From a virus, in IMG/VR virus record IMGVR_UViG_3300032223_001001, positions 17,778 to 81,777 of that record: a DNA stretch of 64,000 nucleotides; one strand, written 5' to 3'. The translations under genes were made by a program, and so were the position numbers. Shown in pieces: positions 1 through 10,416 of the stretch (its first letter is position 1; each line of letters opens with the position of its first letter). The notes beneath the pieces were generated by a model. The model was not told the DNA's origin, made no database searches, and saw nothing but the letters and a program-made list of their open reading frames with translations.

Positions 1-649
1 CGTATTCACCAACTTTAAGGCCATGATTCACCAAACACTTAAACGATATTTCACCAGTTAAATTCCGACGAATAATAAATGGAATACCATCCGATACCTT
101 CCAATTAATGGTGGTATTCGTAACCGAATCAACACCTTGCATAGGTTGTTCATAATCATTGTCATATGCGTAACTTAAATAAACACCCCAATTATAGGTG
201 GTAGCACTACGTTGAATAAAATCAACATGTACTTTATTTAATTCATCCGATTGTGTATACCCACTAATTTCAAAATCCGTTCGCATAAAATCAAACTCGT
301 TATTAGATGGAAACCCACTATAAACAATATTAGAACTACCACTACATAGTTTATCAAGTAAACTAGTGACATTCACAAAATAAAGTGAATTAGCAAATGG
401 GGTGTACTTAGCTTCACCAACATATGAATTCTTAAAGTATAACGCAATCTTCCCAGTTGGTCTAAATATAGTTGACGATTGTCGTTCATCATCATATACC
501 TGTGCCAAATCAATATTAATTGATCGGTTGTACTCAACATTTTCTTTATATGATTGAATAAACGGAATCTTCAAGGATGAATCAACATTTGTTGCTGACT
601 TATACCTTAAAGACCCTAAAACTATCGTACTATCTATACTATTACCCAT
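1..649 (-). CDS. Partial hypothetical (probable virion structural) protein, runs off window start
   Basis: ATG at 647-649 overlaps the upstream stop (TAATG); reads MGNSIDSTIVLGSLRYKSATNVD...QVYDDERQSSTIFRPTGK; not in the ORF track because truncated. Confidence 0.75.
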   Translation of the reverse strand, partial: MGNSIDSTIVLGSLRYKSATNVDSSLKIPFIQSYKENVEYNRSINIDLAQVYDDERQSSTIFRPTGKIALYFKNSYVGEAKYTPFANSLYFVNVTSLLDKLCSGSSNIVYSGFPSNNEFDFMRTDFEISGYTQSDELNKVHVDFIQRSATTYNWGVYLSYAYDNDYEQPMQGVDSVTNTTINWKVSDGIPFIIRRNLTGEISFKCLVNHGLKVGEY

Positions 650-3600
650 TAATCTTCAATTTTTTCAAAATCTAACCATACTTGACCAAAACGATCAAAA
701 GCAGTTTTACCTCGTTTTAACCCAAAATAAAAATAAAACGGAGCACCTGTTAATATGGTGTTTAAATCTGGGTTATTCTTATTCCACGATAAAACATTTG
801 GATTATATTCACCCGAACTACCTATAGAATAAATATACCCCTTGAAGTCTTTTGTAACACTTGATTGATTTGTTCTAAAATATCGTGAATCCGATTTTAA
901 ACGATCCAATTGTTGATACTTATAACTGAAAAACACATTCCCATCGATTCCCTCAGTAAACCATTCATTTTCATCCTGACCAAAAATAACATTGTTACTA
1001 CTACTTTTCATTTCCCATTGATAAAATGGCACTTCTTGTGTTTTAACTGGAATTGGTGAATAACATCGATCATCAACAATATTCCCAGTTTCAGAATATA
1101 AGTTACGTCTAGGTGTTATATAATCCCTATTTTGAGTGATTGAACTAAAAAATACACCAATCACACTATCGTCATTTGGATTGCTATATATTGAAGATCC
1201 AACATATTCTTCTTCATCAAAAGGAACAATTCCAAACTCCGAATTAATCGCGTTCATTTGTGCGAAATCACCATCGATAAAATTATTGTCCCGACTAAAA
1301 TATGTACTAATATTAGAACTAGAAATATTATTCAAAAAACCTGAACTAGTTATTCTATTTAATATAAATAAATTCAATAAATCTGAAGTATCACTAAAAG
1401 TAGTTGGTTCTAATTTATTTACAATATACCCGTCAAACGTATCATCCATCGCAACTTCTTGCGTAAATACGTCCCTAGGACCCAAATCCATAATAGTTGT
1501 TGGATAGTTTAATAAATTTTTATTACCGGCATAATTTTTAGAAATTGGTTGGCCAACAAATTTACCATCATCGGTATAAGGTGCCGAACGATAATAAAAA
1601 TTATTAGTATTCGTATCCAAATAAATTAAATTAGTTGGGTATAAACTAGTAGGTTTATTATTACTATCAAACCTACGAACATTCGCAAAAGGAAACGCAA
1701 ATAATGTACCATTCACCCAATTGTTAGAAAAAACGTGGGAAAACACATTTTGACAAGCGGCAAAATTTATCAACATTCTCGTCCTCCATTCATTTATCGA
1801 CTGAAAATCCCTAACAATACTTAAAAATGGTATTGATACTAAAACATAACACCCCTTCTCCATAACTGGTTTATTCATCACAGTTTTACATTCCAAACGA
1901 TCCTTACCTTCTTTAAGCCTAAACAAATACGTACCTTTTGTTGGGTCATAAACGGATTCATAACAGCTTAATGGTAATAACTCCCCACATTGTAAGGTTT
2001 TTAACACACCAGGTAATTCACCATCACCATTAGTTCCAACACCCGAAGACACTGTAGCCTCGGTAGACCCACCAGTATCATCCAAAATAAATACCTCAAA
2101 CCCAACATTCGCATGTAAAGGTCGGTAACTATTGTAACTCGAATTTGGTTGATAATCAAAAGTGGATAATGGTAAACGATCTGAACGCATAACAATATAA
2201 TTATCATTAACACTAGTTGTTTTATTTATCGTAAAGGTATTCGTGATTTTTGGACAGGTATAATCTGTTTTTACACAAGTAGTACCAGCGCCTTTGCTAG
2301 TACATCCACCATTTCGTTGGATAAGCACCCTACTCATTCGTAAATAAGAACCACCCTCAATATGTTCACCAGTATAATAACATGCCTTATTAGGTATCGT
2401 ATTTGGATAAGTTTCTGAAGGTTGATACCCTTCACTATAACTACCACCAGAACCATATCCATTAATCCATCGGGTAACATATTCGTTCCCACTATGATTT
2501 CTAGGAATATTTGTATTTTGAAAACTAACACTATTCGTTGATGCATAATCCGACTCAACTTTACACCCATTACCATCACTTCCACCATTTATTCCAGTGT
2601 TAACATCTAAACCTGAATAATACTGGGTTAACGTAGTTGTAAAACCACTCATTTGGTTTCCAGGTAAAAAATTATAAGATTTATAATATAATCGTGAATT
2701 AGAATACGAATCAATAGTTTGATTGTCACCAGTATGTTTAACATTTAATGATGTACCTTGAATTGGAATATTTAATTTGTACTGACCACTAACTTTAACA
2801 TTCCCAAAGGTATTATACCCAAATAATTTACTTAAATCATATTCACACGTTGTTCGACTTGAGTGGGGATCAACACCTCTAACTAAAAACACCACAAATT
2901 GTTTGTTATAATCATTATATTGTTTTAATGGATTATAATCTTTATAACGCATTGTATCACAATCTAATCTAGACCCATCTGGTAATTTAAATTTAGGGTC
3001 AATACGACTAACCTTTAAGGTGTACATATTATTATCCAAATAACGGGATTTTAATGAATTTTGTAACGAAGAACCACACTTTAATTCAAAATCACCATAA
3101 GTCATTCCGGTAACAACTTGAAAATATTCAACATCCAACGGAAACTTTTGATATAACACATCTTCAGTTTTACCAGTTAAATTATACGTAGTAATATTAT
3201 TCCCAGTACCATCTGGTTTTGCCCATGTAACATCAACTGGTGTTGGTGTGGCACTAAATAAAATTGAACTTCCCGTTATTGAATTAGTTCCATAATCATT
3301 TTGAGTGTTCCCAGTTAAATTTATATCCGTCGATTTTTTACTATCTTGGAACGTTACTAAACTACCATTGGTGAAATTATTAGCGACTTCTGGAGTTATA
3401 AATAACGCAATAACATTGTCTAAATGGTATGTTGATGGGTCAGGATTTAATGTTGTGTCAAACCTAACTTTAATTTGGTTCACTCCACGACCACCTTCAG
3501 CCCCAGCGTTAAACCCACTGTTCGGTACTGTATTATCATAATATTTCGCCTTAACATTAAATAAATTAATACGTTCAGGTAAAGGTAAATCAGTTGAAAA

Positions 3601-5868
3601 AGTACCCCAATAAATTGTTTTTGGTGTAGCATCTTCATCTTTTGGATCAACCATAATCTGCATAAATTCATTTAATTGTGTCGTACCACCACCACATTCA
3701 TACGTTTTGGTTGAAAAAGGTTTTGGACCCCCATTTACTGTTGTACTAACACCAGTACCAATATCACCCGAACTAGGAATTGGTTGACCACCAAAAATAC
3801 CACCCAAAGCAGCGCCTCCAGACGCTTCTTGAGTTGTTGCCGAATAATTCATCGCAACATACAATGGTGTTAATAAAGCAGTACCATTATTATTAGTAGG
3901 AACTGAATTCGTTGACCCACCACTATTTGACGTGGTGTTTTGACTTGATTCTAACGACCCCAAATCTTGAGACCCTAATGGTTTACATTCACAAAAATCA
4001 CAATCAGGAAACGTATAGTTAGGTAGTTTGAAATTCCTGAAATATTTCTTGACTTTATTAATCAAGAAAAATAAACCAACCATTAACAAACTATATGATA
4101 AATATTGTCCAGATTTTAACCCAAAAGATATCGCTAATGGAACGTTGGGTGGTGTGGATATTAATGACGAACCCGAAGAAATACCCTCTTGTACTGACAA
4201 ATAAAGAAATAACCCACTTAATAACAAAACCCATGGACCTAATATTACCGTGACAAGAAACGATAACACGTGTAATAAAGTTACAACATTGAAAATCACC
4301 GGATACATCAAAAACATTAATATCCTAAATAACGTAAAAATAATGTTATTATTAAACTGCCCGTCATTGGAAGGGAACTTATTATTCTCCCCTTCACAAT
4401 CGGTATTCAATATATCTTTAATGGCAATATACCTACGATTATTGGAACTAACCCTAAATTGACTAATTAATTCAGACACCGTATATACCTTATTATACGT
4501 GAAATCATAAAACTTGTCTTCACAATTTATTGCCGATTCAATATGTTTCACCCCCGTAGTATAATACGTATCAAACACACTAGTACCAGTATAGCCATAG
4601 TCATTCCAATCCAATGAAAACGCATAGGATGTTTTGAAATCCAATAACGCAGCACCACTAGTTGGTTTGTTAGGACTACTAGATAACCCCCAACCATATT
4701 CACGAATATTTGGAACCAAAAAATAACCACGTTTAACCGAACCCTCCAATGTTGGAGCTTGATTCCATTTAATCTTAAATCGGTATTTAGCCCTGGTGGG
4801 AACACCAACTTGTGGATTAGTTGAAATCGTCCTATTACCAAATTCATCGGTTGTCACATAATCCAAATTCATTGGAAGATCCAATAACCATGTACCATTT
4901 TCATCAATAACCTGACCACCATTCGCTAACTCAAAAGCCTCCAATATTGGTCTACCCAAGTTATCAGTATTTATGGTTTGTCTAATTGATTTAATTTCAC
5001 CAGGACCAGCAATCAACCCACATAACTCGCCCAGTTTTTTACGTACCTTCCCAGTACGTTTAACCAATTGATCATCCGGTGAACTGAATATCGAACCCAT
5101 GAAAATAGATGTAGGTTTAATATCAATACCAGCCTCTTTTGATAAATCAAAATCCGTCCTGGTAATACCCAACGAACATATATCTGGTTGACCCCAAAAT
5201 GGCTCAACTTCAATGTTTCTATTAAAAGTTACTAATTGAGGTAACGAATCCAAATTCGTAGATGACTTGAATTTACTGTTATTCACTTGATCCTCGGTCG
5301 TTAAACCCATACGAATTAAATCTTGAGGCGTTAACGAAAATTCACCAATATCCGATAAATCAAGATCAATAAATAAGGTTTGTTGACCAACAGGAACTCC
5401 AAACAACATAAAGTCACCACTATCATTGGTGGTTGTCGTATATTTATAATACTTGTCAAAAACCTCAATTAAATAAGGTTCCAACAAAATATCACTTTTC
5501 TCAAAAAATGTTCCAGTTGGTGTATGATTGGTATGTTGTTGTGTATATGGTAATAGATTATATCTATACCCTTCATCATTAACATCCGATAACGTCTTAT
5601 AAGGATATAATTCGGAAATAATTGGGTTTAACGCATCTTCTTCCGTCAATGGAATAAATATGGATACTTTAGTATTTGGTATACCAAAACCATTGTTAAC
5701 ACTAACCCTACCAACAACAACCCCATAATCGGAACATTGTCTGGTGTATACTTCACTCTGTAATAATTTTAAGGATAAAATTTCAAGATAATCAAAATCT
5801 TGTTCTATATTTACTTTAATTGATGTATCTTTACCTACTGTGGTTCTAATTCTATACGAATTTGACAT
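649..5868 (-). CDS. Large virion/baseplate-associated protein with a central hydrophobic (TM-like) segment
   Basis: 1739 aa; N-terminal beta-sandwich-like YKYTTTTNDSGDFMLFGVPVG; hydrophobic stretch ~aa 508-606; follows baseplate genes. Confidence 0.6.
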   Translation of the reverse strand: MSNSYRIRTTVGKDTSIKVNIEQDFDYLEILSLKLLQSEVYTRQCSDYGVVVGRVSVNNGFGIPNTKVSIFIPLTEEDALNPIISELYPYKTLSDVNDEGYRYNLLPYTQQHTNHTPTGTFFEKSDILLEPYLIEVFDKYYKYTTTTNDSGDFMLFGVPVGQQTLFIDLDLSDIGEFSLTPQDLIRMGLTTEDQVNNSKFKSSTNLDSLPQLVTFNRNIEVEPFWGQPDICSLGITRTDFDLSKEAGIDIKPTSIFMGSIFSSPDDQLVKRTGKVRKKLGELCGLIAGPGEIKSIRQTINTDNLGRPILEAFELANGGQVIDENGTWLLDLPMNLDYVTTDEFGNRTISTNPQVGVPTRAKYRFKIKWNQAPTLEGSVKRGYFLVPNIREYGWGLSSSPNKPTSGAALLDFKTSYAFSLDWNDYGYTGTSVFDTYYTTGVKHIESAINCEDKFYDFTYNKVYTVSELISQFRVSSNNRRYIAIKDILNTDCEGENNKFPSNDGQFNNNIIFTLFRILMFLMYPVIFNVVTLLHVLSFLVTVILGPWVLLLSGLFLYLSVQEGISSGSSLISTPPNVPLAISFGLKSGQYLSYSLLMVGLFFLINKVKKYFRNFKLPNYTFPDCDFCECKPLGSQDLGSLESSQNTTSNSGGSTNSVPTNNNGTALLTPLYVAMNYSATTQEASGGAALGGIFGGQPIPSSGDIGTGVSTTVNGGPKPFSTKTYECGGGTTQLNEFMQIMVDPKDEDATPKTIYWGTFSTDLPLPERINLFNVKAKYYDNTVPNSGFNAGAEGGRGVNQIKVRFDTTLNPDPSTYHLDNVIALFITPEVANNFTNGSLVTFQDSKKSTDINLTGNTQNDYGTNSITGSSILFSATPTPVDVTWAKPDGTGNNITTYNLTGKTEDVLYQKFPLDVEYFQVVTGMTYGDFELKCGSSLQNSLKSRYLDNNMYTLKVSRIDPKFKLPDGSRLDCDTMRYKDYNPLKQYNDYNKQFVVFLVRGVDPHSSRTTCEYDLSKLFGYNTFGNVKVSGQYKLNIPIQGTSLNVKHTGDNQTIDSYSNSRLYYKSYNFLPGNQMSGFTTTLTQYYSGLDVNTGINGGSDGNGCKVESDYASTNSVSFQNTNIPRNHSGNEYVTRWINGYGSGGSYSEGYQPSETYPNTIPNKACYYTGEHIEGGSYLRMSRVLIQRNGGCTSKGAGTTCVKTDYTCPKITNTFTINKTTSVNDNYIVMRSDRLPLSTFDYQPNSSYNSYRPLHANVGFEVFILDDTGGSTEATVSSGVGTNGDGELPGVLKTLQCGELLPLSCYESVYDPTKGTYLFRLKEGKDRLECKTVMNKPVMEKGCYVLVSIPFLSIVRDFQSINEWRTRMLINFAACQNVFSHVFSNNWVNGTLFAFPFANVRRFDSNNKPTSLYPTNLIYLDTNTNNFYYRSAPYTDDGKFVGQPISKNYAGNKNLLNYPTTIMDLGPRDVFTQEVAMDDTFDGYIVNKLEPTTFSDTSDLLNLFILNRITSSGFLNNISSSNISTYFSRDNNFIDGDFAQMNAINSEFGIVPFDEEEYVGSSIYSNPNDDSVIGVFFSSITQNRDYITPRRNLYSETGNIVDDRCYSPIPVKTQEVPFYQWEMKSSSNNVIFGQDENEWFTEGIDGNVFFSYKYQQLDRLKSDSRYFRTNQSSVTKDFKGYIYSIGSSGEYNPNVLSWNKNNPDLNTILTGAPFYFYFGLKRGKTAFDRFGQVWLDFEKIED

Positions 5869-5939
5869 AATTTACCTTTTTTAATAAATAGCAATCTTGC
5901 TATTTTTAATAGTAAGGCATATTTCACCAAAATAAATTA

Positions 5940-7778
5940 TCAATTAAAACTAACCGTAGATAAATTCTTAACTCGAATATTAATATCCTTATTCGGAAAC
6001 TTTATCTGGTATATCTGGGTTGGTTCCGCAAAAATTGTATCATCAATTAACTCAATTTCTTTAGTTTCATTGTCAACATATCGTTGCGAAGTTTGAGAAG
6101 AAGAATATTGTCCCCCAACCTTATTAAACACCTTAATATCGGATATACTAATAACCCCATTTTGAGTTTGAATATCCCTCCTTAAGTCCGAAATAAATAC
6201 ATTTTGTCCCATCTGACGATTTGTAGAATCAAAATACGTTGATATTAAACCAATGATTTGGGATATAACAATTCCCTGGTTTTGACTATTATCCAACACA
6301 ACATCAACATTAAGACCCAAATTAATAACATTTGCCGATTCAACAGATATATAATCATTCATCATACGATAATTCGATAAATAATTGCTAATATTGTTCA
6401 TCAATGTATTGGATATGGATTCCGTTAAATTCCCGGATTCATCATATGACAATAACTTAATCTTAATTTTATTATTTTCTTCCGTTATCGAAACCTTCGC
6501 CGGAGCCCCAAATTGGGATGGCATTGTTCTTAATATCGAATCATAATCATTGATTGTAACCGCTCTATTTTGTGCGGAAAAATTAAATCCAACCAAATTC
6601 CTAACCTCCTCCATTGTAGGAGCACCAGCACCGCCAATGGCCGCCGTTACGTTATTACAACTCAATGAATTTATAACCGTATTGTTAATATTCTCCGATG
6701 GCCCATTCACAAAAAAGGATACAGTACCCACTTGCGTTATCACATTAACACCAACATTACTAGGTGTTCCACCACCAACTCTATATTGAATAAACAACGT
6801 GGAATTAGGTTTCAACACACTACCCAAGGCAAAATTATTGGAATATTTATTCAAGTCCAACTTAAACCCATTACGAGCAAACTCCCTTAATTGTTCATCG
6901 GCAGATTGACTACCACCACCAAAAGTCATCTTCATAAAACCTTGTGGGGTAAATTCAGTAATAAACTTATCATTAGTAGAAATATATTTACCAACCTTAA
7001 TACCAGGTTTATCCGATACTTTAGTAGGATCTTCAACAAACACTCTATCCTCCGCCAACGCTTTTACTTCGTACCAACGATTGTCAGCACCCAAAAACTC
7101 CTGTGCCGAAGGTACATTACTATATTGTGTACCATCCTTCAACAATACACTAGTGATACCCAAAACATTTTGTTCAGGCAAAAACATTTCAAAAAATGGG
7201 CGAACATCCGATGGATTAATAACCCGTTTAAACACCTTCGTCGAACCATTAACCACCGTTTCCCTCTTGGTAATAGTATAATTAATCAATGTACCATTAA
7301 CGTCAAAATTGGGAACTTTTAACCTATTTGGAAACCCTTCCGCGTTTAATGGTGATGAAAAATCAATATCATTAACATTCTCAAAAACTTGTCCAGCACC
7401 CAATACTTGTGATCCACGTCGCAATATACCACAATACCTTAAGTCCTCCTTATCCCCAAACGCGGGAACGGTAATAGAAAAATCAACCAACGCAACAGAT
7501 GGTCTCTGCCCCGGAATCTTAAGACCATAAGTCCTAGCAATATTATAAATGGATGATGGTTGTTGTGCATATTGTAACACCGTTTCCTGAATACTACGAT
7601 CAATATTAAATTGTAAATTATCCGCAACGGCTGCATTTAAATCCAATAAAACCGAAAATATGGACGCATCATTGAAGTTATCCAATAATTCAGGATAATA
7701 CGTCCTAGTGAAATTTATTAATTCAGCTCTAATAGATTGAAAATCCCTGGTTGTATATGATATCTTCTTGTTTGCCAT
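5940..7778 (-). CDS. Baseplate wedge protein (T4 gp6/P2 J-like)
   Basis: RDFQSIRAELINF, YRVGGG...NVG, QNRAVTINDY motifs; adjacent to gp25-like gene. Confidence 0.88.
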   Translation of the reverse strand: MANKKISYTTRDFQSIRAELINFTRTYYPELLDNFNDASIFSVLLDLNAAVADNLQFNIDRSIQETVLQYAQQPSSIYNIARTYGLKIPGQRPSVALVDFSITVPAFGDKEDLRYCGILRRGSQVLGAGQVFENVNDIDFSSPLNAEGFPNRLKVPNFDVNGTLINYTITKRETVVNGSTKVFKRVINPSDVRPFFEMFLPEQNVLGITSVLLKDGTQYSNVPSAQEFLGADNRWYEVKALAEDRVFVEDPTKVSDKPGIKVGKYISTNDKFITEFTPQGFMKMTFGGGSQSADEQLREFARNGFKLDLNKYSNNFALGSVLKPNSTLFIQYRVGGGTPSNVGVNVITQVGTVSFFVNGPSENINNTVINSLSCNNVTAAIGGAGAPTMEEVRNLVGFNFSAQNRAVTINDYDSILRTMPSQFGAPAKVSITEENNKIKIKLLSYDESGNLTESISNTLMNNISNYLSNYRMMNDYISVESANVINLGLNVDVVLDNSQNQGIVISQIIGLISTYFDSTNRQMGQNVFISDLRRDIQTQNGVISISDIKVFNKVGGQYSSSQTSQRYVDNETKEIELIDDTIFAEPTQIYQIKFPNKDINIRVKNLSTVSFN

Positions 7779-7783
7779 TATAA

Positions 7784-8236
7784 TTAAATATTTAATATGA
7801 TAAAATCACTCGCGTTAAACGCCCCTTCATTAATAGTATAGTCAATACGAACCCTCGCAACATGTTCAAGTTCCCCCAAACCAGAAACATTAACCTCACG
7901 GTCTTGTTCACCATTAACATAATTCCCATCAACATCCTCAGATGCCGGTTTAATAGATATGTTCGTTATAGTTATCCCCGGAATATACTCCCCAACAGAA
8001 TCCCGAATTTCAGACTCAATATCCGAAAAGGTGGGACCATCCATAGGTTCAAACAAATATTCATATAACCTCGTACCAAAATCGGGTAAATAATACCTAC
8101 TCCCCTTCCTGGTCAAAATTAAATGAATTAAATTGGATCTTATTTCCTCGTTGTTATCCAACGATAAATCCAAATATTTCCCATCAACAGAATCCCGAAA
8201 CGGAAAATTTATTCCAATAGTATAACCATACGCCAT
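7784..8236 (-). CDS. Baseplate wedge gp25-like protein
   Basis: GINFPF...NLIHLILTRKGSRYYLPDFGTRLYEYLFEP; start taken at ATG 8236, just downstream of the TATTTAT motif. Confidence 0.9.
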   Translation of the reverse strand: MAYGYTIGINFPFRDSVDGKYLDLSLDNNEEIRSNLIHLILTRKGSRYYLPDFGTRLYEYLFEPMDGPTFSDIESEIRDSVGEYIPGITITNISIKPASEDVDGNYVNGEQDREVNVSGLGELEHVARVRIDYTINEGAFNASDFIILNI

Positions 8237-8330
8237 AACCATAAATATATAATTATAACGTTTTTTATAAAGATTAAAAAGTCAAGTCAAGTTTTTTGAA
8301 CAATAAACTTGTCATACCAACATAAATAAA

Positions 8331-8358
8331 AAAACCCACCTTGTTTAGGGGTGGGTTA
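8331..8358 (-). terminator. Rho-independent terminator after nrdA C-fragment
   Basis: aacccacc...ggtgggtt stem with T-run on minus strand. Confidence 0.65.
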
Positions 8359-8377
8359 ATTAGTTATTTATTTCATT

Positions 8378-10075
8378 TTAAGATGAACATCCAAAACACT
8401 CAAACGGAGAATCCGATGGTTTGGAAGGTGTTATATTAACCGTTGGAGTTTCAGTCTTTTTAACTGGTTGTTTGGTTTTTGAAATATCAATTGCCAAGTG
8501 TTTAGCCCCAGTTGAAATAGCTTTAGTCCTAACATAATAACATAAAGTCTTTAACCCCTTTTCCCAAGCATGGAAGTGTGATGATGTTATTTTAGATAAT
8601 GTTGGATTACCCATATAGATATTCATCGATTGTGATTGGTCAATAAATGGTGCACGATCCGCTGCCATATTAATTAAATCACGTTGAGAAATTTCCCATA
8701 TGGTTTTATACTTCTGGATTAAATGTTCAATACGTTTAACCTTTTTAGTATAATTCTTATCTTCAGTATCCAAATAGTTATTGAAATTCACATTTTGAAT
8801 CGATCCTTCATTTAAGATAATTTCATTCTTCAAGTCTTCACTCCAAATTCCCAATTTCTCAAAATCGTTAATTAAATACTTGTTAACAATTAAAATTTCA
8901 CCACCAACAACACGTCTGTTAAATAACGCAGAGTGTGCTGGCTCGGTCATTTCAAAAGAACCAGTAATTTTTGCCGAACTATTGTGACTAACACAACCAT
9001 TTTCAGTGATATAATGATGCACTTCATCAACCTCAATATCCCACACTGGTTGAACCCCTTGAACGATAACTAATACCACCTTCATTATTCTTTTTTCAAG
9101 ATTAACAATTCTATCTGAAACTTCAATATCTTTAACTTTAATCCAGATTTGTTGACCTTCGCGTTCAACTAAAAATTTATGTTCCGAACTACACTTAAAG
9201 ATTACCCCATCTTCCATTTCAATGTTGTATATTTCAGTATGACCATTGTAATAGATTTTGTTTGATAAATGATACCCATCCATTGTTTTAACTCTTAATG
9301 GTTTTTCAAAATTAAACCAAACACCACCCGTTTTTTCAGATTCCACTTCATCAACATTGATATTATTCATTTCACAAATTTCTCTAAATGATAACACACC
9401 TTCTTCAGTGATAATTTTAGTATCTGAAGTTTGACAAGCTACAGGCATCTGAGCGGTAAATAATGAATTACAAACACCATGTTGTTTCACTTCATTCTTT
9501 AGTTCACTCCAGTCCCACATACCAGTTAAATTATCTTCAGTTAAACCCCACATATCATACTGGAAGATACCTTCACTCATTGGACTTCCGTTGAAGAATT
9601 TATAAGGTTCATATTTACCATATTTACACAAATCTTTACTTTCAGTGATCGCCGCGAAGTAGATTGTTTCAAAAATTTGTTTGTTCAATTTTTTAGCCTC
9701 TTCTGAAGTAAATACGTAGTCCATAATATAAAACACATCCGCCAAACCTTGTACACCAATAGCAATTGCTCGTTGTTCAAGACCACCTTTTTTACCTTGA
9801 TCTGTAGAATAACTATTAATATCAATAACCTTATTTAATGATCTAACAACTTTACGAACTTCATTATATAATAACGTAAAATCAAACTTCCCATCAATGA
9901 TAAAATTCTTTAATACCAATGACGATAACGTACATATAGCCGTTTCTGTCTCCGTTGTTGCTTGAAAAATTTCACAGTTGTGAACTAAAATGTTCGTCGC
10001 GTAAAAATTTTGAGTTTCCGGAACTTGAATATCGTAAACGTCTTGTTTTTCTTCTAGTTTTTTAATCTTAATCAT
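8378..10075 (-). CDS. nrdA: Class I ribonucleotide reductase alpha, C-terminal fragment (split-intein IntC + cis mini-intein)
   Basis: IntC then CEI...AICTLSS, IGVQGLAD, FIDQSQSMN, GLKTLCYY, C-terminal CFGCSS. Confidence 0.95.
   Translation of the reverse strand: MIKIKKLEEKQDVYDIQVPETQNFYATNILVHNCEIFQATTETETAICTLSSLVLKNFIIDGKFDFTLLYNEVRKVVRSLNKVIDINSYSTDQGKKGGLEQRAIAIGVQGLADVFYIMDYVFTSEEAKKLNKQIFETIYFAAITESKDLCKYGKYEPYKFFNGSPMSEGIFQYDMWGLTEDNLTGMWDWSELKNEVKQHGVCNSLFTAQMPVACQTSDTKIITEEGVLSFREICEMNNINVDEVESEKTGGVWFNFEKPLRVKTMDGYHLSNKIYYNGHTEIYNIEMEDGVIFKCSSEHKFLVEREGQQIWIKVKDIEVSDRIVNLEKRIMKVVLVIVQGVQPVWDIEVDEVHHYITENGCVSHNSSAKITGSFEMTEPAHSALFNRRVVGGEILIVNKYLINDFEKLGIWSEDLKNEIILNEGSIQNVNFNNYLDTEDKNYTKKVKRIEHLIQKYKTIWEISQRDLINMAADRAPFIDQSQSMNIYMGNPTLSKITSSHFHAWEKGLKTLCYYVRTKAISTGAKHLAIDISKTKQPVKKTETPTVNITPSKPSDSPFECFGCSS
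8981..9436 (-). mobile_element. Cis mini-intein (152 aa, no endonuclease) in NrdA
   Basis: MPVA|CQTSDT...CSSEH...VWDIEV...CVSHN|SSAK; removal restores MPVASSA. Confidence 0.93.
9977..10075 (-). mobile_element. Split intein C-fragment (33 aa) of NrdA
   Basis: MIKIKKLEEKQDVYDIQVPETQNFYATNILVHN|C: blocks F/G at the start of an ORF. Confidence 0.93.
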
Positions 10076-10089
10076 ATTTTTTTTAGTTT

Positions 10090-10416
10090 TTAATCAATTA
10101 TAACCATTTCATAATTAATATCCAATACATCATCTTCAACTAATTCATCTGCACGAACAAAACCTCTATTTTTAGTGAAAATTAAGTGATCTGGTGTACA
10201 TTTAATCTTATATCCACTATCAACATCTTCAACTTCCATTAATTCACTATTTTCACGAGTCATTTTACCAGTTAAGATATCAACAAATTTACCACCTTCA
10301 CTTTTAACTTTTAATCGTTCACTACAATTAATTAAGTCTATCACTTCGATCATGGTTAATGTTTCAACATTACCATTTTCACGTTGGACGATTAATTCAA
10401 CGTCCCCAGTTAAACA
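10090..10416 (-). mobile_element. Split intein N-fragment (108 aa) of NrdA
   Basis: NLC|CLTGD...KCTPDH...NRGFVRADELVEDD then stop; no block F/G. Confidence 0.93.
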
